A DNA stretch of 64,000 nt from Antedon mediterranea (Eukaryota; Animalia; Echinodermata), in NCBI RefSeq assembly GCF_964355755.1, contig NC_092671.1, positions 5,952,001-6,016,000 on the forward strand, given 5' to 3'. Shown here piece by piece: positions 1-10,900 of the stretch. Made by a program: the position numbers and the translations under genes. Positions within the stretch are counted from its first letter, which is position 1. Every line of letters starts with the position of its first letter. The notes under the pieces were generated by a model that did no database searches, was not told the DNA's origin, and was given only the letters and a program-made list of their open reading frames with translations.

Positions 1-1539
1 TATGTATACTTTGTCTATTATTCATTTTCATACAGTAGTTTGGTAAAGTATATGTATTAAATTGCACATATGTATCACATGTGACAATCTACCACAACCA
101 ATCTATAATATAATTTTTCACTATATTATTACTGGACACAGTATGTGGAGAAACAGTAGGCCTATATAGCGAATCCTGTGACTGATTATTTATGTTCCCA
201 GTAGCTACAATATAGCCTTATTAAAACAAGAAATATTTCTTACAAAAAACGCCATTTGACTTTTTTACGTAAATAACAGTTTTAATTTATTTTTAATCTT
301 TCATTGAAATTTTTGTAGAGTATGATACCAAATCCATTTTCAATGATAAGATCTGTTCAGAATTTGGTGGAATATATAATTGTTCTTATTAAGTATGAAA
401 TATGTATTTATAAACATTAGTAGGTCAAAGGTAATTATTTATAAATGTCAAGGTTCTCAAACCCCACATGGAATTTCCCCATGGAATATCCCCTTTAACT
501 ACTTCCGATTGGATCAATTGTTAACCTTAGTTCTATTTTGTATTTAAGTCATGAAACGATCTACATGACATACTAAATTCACAATTTCTACTTTATTTGT
601 TTAAAATATTAATCCTGGGAAATATGTATTCACATTAAGATATTGAATTTTCACATTTTCATATCTACTTCTTTAGAAAATACAATATTCTATTAAAAGC
701 CAGACAAACAGCCATAGCAGTGTTCAAATCTCATCCAAACTTGATTCTCTACATCTGTTTCGAAACATCAATAAAATAATACAACATTATACAGTATGCT
801 GAAAATTAGCCTGTGATTAAAATTTGCAAATATTTCAACAATTCATCCAACCTTTTACCCTGGAAATTAAATTTAACTGGTGAATCAAATTGGCCTTGTC
901 ACTTTTTGTCATGAACTTTAATAATTTCAGTCTACTTCTATCACATATTCATTAATAATGTTTTGTTCGTTATCAAAGTTATCCTTTTTTTTAAATCAAA
1001 TTAATTGATTTTAACATATTTGTAAAGCTGTTGCACCGCCTGTTGGTATAATAGGATTTGTTGAAATCTCACATATTGATGGGTTGAAACATTATATCCT
1101 ATTTCCATATCTGATTTATGATGCTGTATTAAATGAAATTAAATTATTTAGTTGTAATAGTATATTTAAAATGAATATGATTCTTCAGAATGTCATTTAT
1201 TTCTTTTAAATAGAGATACATATTTAATATTATTTTAGTGGCTTAACTTTTAATTGAGACAGCTTAAATTTTAATTAAGATAGCTTAGTTTTTATATAGA
1301 TATCTTAGTTTTTAATCTAGGTAGCTTACATTTTGATGGAGATATTTAAAAACTTATATCTATCTTGCAACTTGGCATGCCATACATCAATCGAGTTGTA
1401 TTAAGTGTTATCACTATTGTTATGGTACCACCATTTTGCTCATTATGTGTCATATTGAAATTTATGGAATATGAAAATTATTATTACTACATCTTTTTAT
1501 TTTGTTTTATTTATTTATATATTTGGACCATATTTAATG

Positions 1540-1740
1540 AGGGTGATCCATCCAGCAATTGCTGATCATTAGGGACCCTCAGAGGTTCACAAGACAAACA
1601 TATACACAAGATGCTCTAAACAAAGTCTTTACAAGTCTTTGAGAGTGGAGTTGTAAATTTGTCCTGACATGTGACTGGACTTGAACTCAGGACCCTTGGA
1701 GAGGTAGCCAAGCATCATAACCACCAAGCCACAACTCCAC
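1540..1740 (-). mobile_element. tRNA-derived SINE (related fragment at ~20595-20750, +)
   Basis: Minus-strand head with A box TGGCTTGGTGG and B box GAGTTCAAGTC; body shared with the 20595 region. Confidence 0.65.
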
Positions 1741-1816
1741 TTTATAACTCTAACCTGTTGGTATTCTAAATATTATTGATTTTATTAATATTAATTTATT
1801 ATTGTATACATTACAG

Positions 1817-1976
1817 ACTAATAACAAAAAAAATAAGAAGAAAAAGTCCAAACAACCTCAAGAAAAAGAAACTGATACGAAAACAAATGATGCAGTACCT
1901 ACAGCCGGTTCAGGTGCTTCAGTTTCGGCAAAACAGTCCGCTTCTACGAAACCTGTTGTTGAAAATTCAATCAAAC
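1817..1976 (+). CDS. SPATS2: SPATS2-like coding exon (TNNKKNKKKKSKQ...)
   Basis: ttacag acceptor, C|gtaagt donor, phase 0->1; contains the conserved basic KKNKKKK motif. Confidence 0.8.
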
Positions 1977-4900
1977 GTAAGTTGTTCAAATTTTAAGGTA
2001 AGTTTTGTATTGTACGTTAAAAAATATATAAGCACCCAGAGCTCACATAATTTAAAAGATTTAGGTTGCCCTTCTCACATATGACATTTTAAAGAAGAAC
2101 ATTCCCTTTTTGATTATTATTTGAATCTACTTCTAAAGCTCTGTCTACACTATTAACTAGTTTGACAAAAAAAGTGTGATGTGCCCAAATATGGTAGTGA
2201 AATGCCCAAAAATGGTAGTTATATGACATCATCATGTCCATATATGGGCACATCACATTTTTTTGTCATATAAAATTTGATAGTGTTAGGGTTAACAATG
2301 CTTTACTGTGTGTACAGTATCTGTACTGTACACACATTTTTACCATCCGATATCAGATTCTGATTGGTAATCATTTTTGGAATTATATATTAAAAGTTGC
2401 TGTGTTTTAGTAATAATTATTTTAAAATGCTGTTCACTTTATATATGAATGCGCAATAAATACATTGTTCCTAACGATTACTGCTAAATTAATGTAAAAG
2501 ACTGATTTACTGCTGAATGTCAGCATATTGAGTTAATTGGCTGTATAAACATCTGTTTATATTCGATTGCTGTTCAGTGTTAGATAATAACATTATAGGA
2601 AGAACACAATACAAGCTGGTGTTGGGTATGTATCATGATCTTTCCCCTATTTGGCTATACACATGGATTTCATGGCACACCTTAAGCCCTGTCTGCACTA
2701 CTAAACTTCATGTGACAAAAAAATGTGCCCATATATGGACATGATTATGTCATATCAATACCATATTGGGCATATCACTACCACCAAATTTGGGCAAATC
2801 ACATTTTTTTTTTCAAACTAGTTTTAAAGTGTGTCTTGTGTGTAGATTTAAACTTAATGGATAAATTGATCATATACAAAATCATAGTTTTATTTTATTA
2901 TTTTTGAAACATAGAAAATATTACAAATGGGGATTCGCAACAATCTGTTGGTGAGAAGAAGCCAGCACCTGTAGTAAAGTCCACAGAAAGCAAAAGTTTA
3001 TCCACAGGATCTGGTGATGGAGCTCAACGACCAGAAGCGTTACCAGTTGAACATGCTACGTCGACTAAAGATCATCGGAAACATCATCATCACGAAGGTG
3101 GTAGACACGCAAAACGCGAAAGAAAAATCAGTGAGAAAAGTACATCTAGTATCAAAGGCGATGAAAAGTCTGAGAAAAAATCTGGTAAGTTGTTACTTCA
3201 ACAAGGCAATATCAAACTATGTGCCCAAATATGGTAGTGATAGGACGTCCATATACGGGCAAATTTTTTGTCACTTAAAAGTTTGATAGTGTGGACAGAG
3301 CTTTAGTTTCGGTACTATAATAACTAAACATTTTTCCCATAGTTGGGCCATGGTTTATAAAACCTAAATCATTTTATTATATTAAAAAGTATGAGAACAC
3401 AGGACATCCTACTACCAGACCATAGCGATACTCAATTAGTATATTTTCCTATAAATAGTTAAAAGCAAATTTTATCTTTAAACTCAGACTTGAACTTAGA
3501 TGCGCTTGAATTGTGTTATCAGACATCTGCTTATATCCATACGTCTATCGCTTTCCTCCACTTCTTAAAGCTACGCTTGAAAGAAGTATAGAAACTGCAA
3601 ACTCACTGTGCTGTTTTCATTACATATACTCAAGTATTGAATTGTGGTATATTTAATAGAAATTATAATAAGGACGAACCAATTACCGCGGTTAACTAAG
3701 ACAGGACAAGTTCTTTCTGTGGCCAGCGGCACTAGCAAACTTTGAAATCATGATAGAACATTAGTATAATCAAATTCATCAAGGAAACGTTAATTATATA
3801 TGGTCGTTAAATATATCATTCAAGCACTAGATACTTCATTAATACTCTACTAAATGTTGTGATATAGACTCGTTTTGACATTCTGTTTAACTTTTGCAGG
3901 TGTTTGGATTATAAAATAATTTTATGTTGGTAAAATATTTATATATATACAATTAAGGGACTAGTACTGTTCCGCTGTACCACGCCGAGAGTGTTAAAGG
4001 GTTGCTATCCGATCGGGTTTGAACAATACCATGAAAGCCCCAGTGGTCTAATGGTTAGGACATCTGCATATGAAGCAGAAGGTTGAACAATACCATGAAA
4101 GCCCCAGTGGTCTAATGGTTAGGACATCTGCATATAAAGCAGAACGTTTAACAATGCCATGAAAGCCCCAGTGGTCTAATGGTTAGGACATCTGAATATC
4201 AAGCAGAAGGTTACGTGTTCGAATCTCGGTTGGGGCGACTTTTTCTCATTCTCAAGATTTCCTCATCTTATCGTTTCAAATTAATTAATTAGATTTCAGT
4301 ATATCACCGGGTGGTTTAGAATTAATGTTCACAGGTGCTTGATGTGTTTATATAACATACTGTATAGGTTCGAATCTCGGTTGGGGCGGCTTTTTCTCAT
4401 TCTCACAGTTTCCTAATTTTTTTTCGTTTTAAATTATATATATTTATTATATATTTTTATTTGAAAACAAGTATTGCAGTTGCCCGTTAACAAATAATAT
4501 TTAAAGATGAATTCTAGAGAGTATTTTTTAAGACATTATGTGTTGTGTGTTCTTCTCTTGTAGTGTAAAAAACTACATAAAACCTGGTGCTAATTTATTA
4601 TATTGAAACACATTCCTACACATGAATTAAGCCAGTTAAATAAACAATTTATTTATAAACTTTTCAAATTGAATTATAAAAGAAAACAAATATATTAAGC
4701 TTTGAGGTAAACTGTGTGTTTAAAAAAAGTAATCATGTAAAGTTGAGAATGTCTTGATGTTTTAGATGTTATGCTACTGTGCAACCATACTGTCATTTTT
4801 TTAATGCTAATTGTAAAATTTAATGTTATAATATAATAAACATTAATGTTATGTATCATTTGCCTAGAAAAGTGACAATGTCTCTGTGTAAAGCCTTGTC

Positions 4901-7900
4901 TACACTATCCAACTATCAAACTTTTTGTGACAAAAAAATGTGATGTGCCCATGGACATGATGATGTCATATTATTACAGTATTTGGGTATATCACTATCA
5001 TAATTGGACACATCACACTTTTTTTTGTCAAACGAGTTTGATAGTGTAGACAGACCTTAAAGCTAACCTTTTTTCCAGTTTGTCTATAATTTTAGCGTGG
5101 GCTTATTTGTTAACTTTATTGACCTTAAAATGTCTTATATGATAACAAATGTTGTATGTAAAAACATACCTACAAGTTAAATGTGTTTTATTAACTTTGT
5201 AATATCCTTTGTCAGGAAGGTAGATTTACATTGAGTAAGTCTGAGACCACAGGGACCATTCACCTCAAATCTTATTTAAGCTCAGGTTTAAAATAGCTAC
5301 TGAATTAATTATTTAGATTCACATAAAATAAGAAAAATAAAGAATATAATGAAATTCAACAGCCACATTTAATAATATTACACTCGCACATATCGAAATT
5401 GCATGGTGTAAGAGTTCAATAGAGTAGTTATTTAATATCATGTGACACACAATCCTTCAATCTACTTTGATGTAGTGTTTATACCTGTTTTATTCTCTTA
5501 ATAAGTGTGAGGACACCCTTATTAAGAGGACACTTTGTTGTTATTGTGATGTAAGGCTTTAATAGAGTAGTTATTTAATATAATATGACTCACAATCTTT
5601 CAATCTACGTTGATCGTGTTTATTTGGGTCCCAAGGGCGTCTCTTTAATATTAGTTCTATTGCATTGTATTGTATGTTTGACAAATGCTAAAATACAAAA
5701 TCTAATTTTTGAATCAGGTAGTGCACTAGACAAATCAGCTAAGGATTTACAAAGGACGTCTGTGTCTCTAGGACATCATCGTAATAAACATTCAGAAGAA
5801 ATGGACAACGCCTTCAAGAAAATCAAAGACGCATTCATTGAGGTTCATAAACTGTAAGTAATAATGTTCAGAATTGTATAATAATTGTGATAAAATATAT
5901 CCTTTGACATTTTTTTGTATTCTTTTGTTTTCGATGTACCTTACTTGGACTGTGTAAAGCTTTGTCTACACTATGAAACTAGTTTGACAAAAAAAAAGTG
6001 TAATGTGCCCAAATATGGTAGTGATATGCCCTGATATGGTAGTGATATGACATCATGTCCATATATGGGCACATTACATTTTTTTTTGTCACATAAAGTT
6101 TCATAGTGTAGACAAGGCTTAGGCATACCTGCCACTGCATGTTGTCATCGCAATTTCCCCACTCAATGCAGAAACATTTATTGCTGTTATTGGTATGAAT
6201 ACTTGATACTTGATAGAAATAAGATTTGTAATATCACAACCCCTGTCCCTGCTGAACATAACAGTGGCTTAACGCAGAGGCCTGAGGCCCCTGGATTTGG
6301 AACCCCAAGTAGACCCTTCAACGATGGAGGCCTCAGGCGTTTTTAGCCTTTTTTGACATATTTTAATGCCTGGCTCTGAGGACCCTGGGTTTAACCAGTG
6401 AGCCATTACGCCATTGCATATGGTGTAATACCTAAGTAATATCAGAAAAACCCCTATCCCCACCTAAAATTACCTATGCATTTTACAAAAGACAGTCTAG
6501 TTATTATACAGTACTTAGTAAAGGAAGTATGATTTGAGTGAACAGTAATATAAAATCAGACAGTCTCAAATAACTCCCAAGATATTCTTAACTACAGCAT
6601 TACAACTATAAATGTGTTCATGTCCAGTCAGACAAGTTTTACAGGTTTCCGTCTCCCTGCTGTCCTAATAAAATTAAATTCCTGTCTGTCAGCATTAAAA
6701 GGGAAGAAAGATAAGTCTATTTCTAAGAAAAAACATTTAAGTAGCTAATAAAAAAAAAATATTGAGTTATTGAACATCTAAACAATGTCTAAATATTGAG
6801 GTTTCCATTTCTTGTCTGTCCATAAAAAACAGAAAAACATTTTTGAGAAATAACATTTATTTATTAACAACAAATTCTTGTCTATAAAATGTCTCATTAA
6901 ACATTATAGAGTGTAACACAAAATATTGAATAATGGTAAGAGACAAAATAATTTTATAAAAATGACCTAAAAAAAGAATTTCAAACTGACCTCTAGTGCA
7001 ATATTCATAGCATTGACCACTAGTATTAATTCCATCTGTCATTATATTCATAATTGGATCCCTGGGATATCTATAGTGCCTGGTATTTATTGTGATGGTC
7101 AACAAGCAATGGTCAACTTGGTAAACCTGATTATTTATCACTTTATAACCCAAGCCATCAAAATAAATCATATATCAGCATTACAGTGCATATTCATGTG
7201 TGGTGTGTATATGGAATATTTGCTATAACTATGGGCAAGTTTAATTATTTACCTGTGTGAGGTCTTTTTATAGGCTAAATATTGCTAATTTTGGTGGTTG
7301 ATTACCAACTTACCAGTTTAAATATCTATAAGCCTAAACGGCCCTATTTTGTATCATGTATACAAGCTTGATCACAACATGATGGTGAAAACATATGGTG
7401 ACATTTTTTGTTTGTAGTGCGAATGTATTTATTTTGCTTTGTACACATTTTGACCACTTTACCATCATTAGGGAATAAAGCTTTTACAAATTGGACTATG
7501 TATTAGCGCTTAATAATGTAATTTTTGCGATGAATAAATTAAACCAATTATTGCATACAATTTCTATAAAGTCTGTTGGATGAATATATAATCTCTAAAA
7601 TTAATATTGACTTATAATGTACAAAATAATACCATTAACTTCCTCCACACATTTTGGGTTTTTCCAAGATGACATAATACTAATGCGCGCGTCATCTATG
7701 CATTATATCTGACCAGTGTTTATATACTTATAGTAATGTTACAACTACTGTACTTTGACAGCTGAATAGTAATAGTAAATAGTAAATCTTCAAATATATC
7801 AAATAAGCAGTACACACACAGACACTACACACACATGTTGGATGAGATATGTGTAACTAGGATTAATATACAAGGTGGGAATTTGACAAGGGACGCAGGG

Positions 7901-10900
7901 AAACAGAGGCTGTATACAGATACAGGAGGCTCAGGAGGAGGTTATTGCAAAACTACAGTATATGCAATTTATTTCAGATGAAAATAAAGAACAATTTAAA
8001 TAACAAATTATGGGGAAAAAGAAAATTTGATAAATACTATATATTTATTATAATTAATTTCTTCTTTTAGACTTGATACTCGTGAAGTTCAGTTGATGCG
8101 AGACCTGACGTCAGTCAAGAAACAAGCTAGTAAGATATTTTTTATATTATAATATTAATAATTATTAAAATGTAAAATCACAAACCAATCCTTATGTCTT
8201 CAATCAAAATGTGTAAATTAAAAACTACTCGGACCCTTATCGCTCCTCCGGCACATCAAATTTGAGAATACCACTCAAATAGCGTCACATTGTTAGTGAT
8301 ACAACAAATTTATCTGCGTGAACTACTGTATATATCCTACTTCACAATACACACAAGGTTTATAAGCATGCGGGTTACAGGGGCACTATTTGAAGGAGTG
8401 CGACTGTAAAAAAAAGTCATATTGAATCATATGAAAATGTTGTTGCAATGCACGTTCAATTATCTACAACCATGTTCAAGACATATTTTATAAGTCAAGT
8501 GTTTAATTATGTTGCATTATGGGAGTATGTTTCCATACGTGTTTGATCCAAAAATTACCGGAGTAGTAATATGTATAGCGCTTTGAGGTTTCACAACATT
8601 AAGCACTTTAGGAAGCCAAAGGATATTATTATTATTATTAATTAGGAGAAATAACAGACATACTGTCTTTTACAGTATATACTGTATATAACTACAGAAG
8701 TTGTTTCATTGTTCAAATGGCCATTCAAGAGATAATATCCTAAATGTGACCTTCTAGTTTTTATGTATAAAAGTGACATGTGATTAACCCTTGTGTTTAC
8801 ATTAAGCAACATATCATATCTCCTATTGTTATAGACCATTCTTTTATTGCCAACATTCAAATCAATGTTTATGTTGGCATTTATTTGTATTGCATAACAT
8901 TTCATAATCTCTTTATGATCGTAATTTTTAATAATCAATTCTTTCGTTTCTTGCTTGCTGTGTTTAATTTCATCATATTTCTTTATAGTATGTTATAATT
9001 TTATACAGTTTATTAATACTTTGTAATTATTTATTTTATTCTTTTTTATTTTATGTTTTTAAAACCTATTTCATAATGATAATTATAGAGTAAGAGTAAA
9101 ATCTATTTTGATTGATAGATTTTCTTATTTCAATGGCATCTAATTTGAATAGGTTATACCAGGGATTTACAACTCCCTGGTTATACCCTATGTTATCATT
9201 ATCATTCAAATGTTAACACTTATATATTGTTTGAAGGTTTGCATGGCACACCACATATATTAGTTCTAAAAAGAACTGTTGAGTTTCTCAACGTTTTGAG
9301 AAACTCAACAAGCATCACTTTCAAACCACTGTTGACACAAAATGTACCCTCACCTCCTTATACACATTGCAGGATCCACCCACCCCAGAATTAGTAATGT
9401 GATTACTAGCCATTCATTTAACTATTGTTTACATTATTTTAACTTTTTATTTTCTGTTTAGCCTCGATGTTTGATGAACGACAAGCTAAAGCTGTTGAAT
9501 TAAAGCGACGTGCAGATCAAGTAAAATTTCTCAATGATATGGAATTGTTGGAGTTAAGAGCTGATATAAAGGTAATAGCTGATTTATTTTAACAACTATA
9601 CCTTTACTTCTATACTATCTTATCCCCCCCCCCCACCCAACCCAAAAAAATAAAAATGTCACACAGTTCTGAAACTCCTGTCCATGTCTGTTTGCTGCCC
9701 AAACCATTAGCAATTAGTATGGGTCACATGTGAAAGTAAATATGCAAATTATATTAGCATAAATATCAAAGGTCCACGTATATTTCACTTCATGGATAAA
9801 TGTAGGCCAAAGCCTGATATGGCCAGTAATATTTTTGCCATTATGTTAAACATGTTGTTAGAGAATTGTATATAATATGTAATAATTAATATTCAAGAAG
9901 ATAAAAGCTCTGTATACACTATCAAACTAGTTGTGATGCGCCCAAATATGCTAGTGATATGTTTAAATATGGTAGTGATATGACAATAGGAAGGTTTCGC
10001 AACCTTACGAATACGATAACGAAAACGGATACGTCACACATTTGTGAAACTTTTGAGCTTATCCCTATTTCATATTTGTAAAGCGTATTCATGTTGATGA
10101 ATATCACCAGTCATATTCGTAACTACAAAACGAGTATAGTTTTTGATCTATTTTGCATATTTTGCATTTGAATCAGGAATGATTTGTGATTATAATATAA
10201 TTATAGATTTATTGAAAGTAATTTACTAAAATTTTGATAAATAGCAGTTTTTTCTCGCTTTGATGTTACGCTAGGCCTAGGCAGCCAAGCACCAACATGT
10301 ACCACCTGAGCTTCGCTCAAATTTACCGCAGTCATATTTCGTTGCCATGCGAAACAGATTTTTACTGGCTTACGAAAACGAATACGTGTGCGTGACATAT
10401 CCATTTTTGTTATCGTATTCGTAAGATTGCGAAACCTCTCTATTATCATGTTCATATATGGGCACATCACATTTATTTTGTCATATAAAGTTTGATAGTG
10501 TAGACAGAGAATACTAAAAATGTGAAGGTTTTTTTTTTCAAATAAGAGATGACATTTTTTTACAGCATTTTGTGTCCGACAGAAAAGTTGATGAGGCATT
10601 AGGAAGGACATCTAGATTCCAAGCAGATGCATCTAAGTTAGAAGAGGTGAACATTTTATTTGTAATGGTTGTATATATATGCAAAATATGTTATTTACTA
10701 AATATTTATAACAAATATAAACAATAAACAAGATAGCATGTAAACTTATCAGGTCAAAGTTTACATTAATTTCTACAGGTAAAACATTTTCAATTCACAC
10801 ATATTTCTTTTTTTTCTACTGTAGCAAATCAATTTTTTCGGTGAAGTAACCCAAATAACAAGTAAATACTCATCGCGTAGACCTTCTTTGACTTCACTCA

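Noticed and set aside
4165-4237. Functional tRNA gene
   Set aside because: The T stem has two mismatches, the anticodon stem is broken, position 32 is A, and the unit belongs to a repeated, partially duplicated family.
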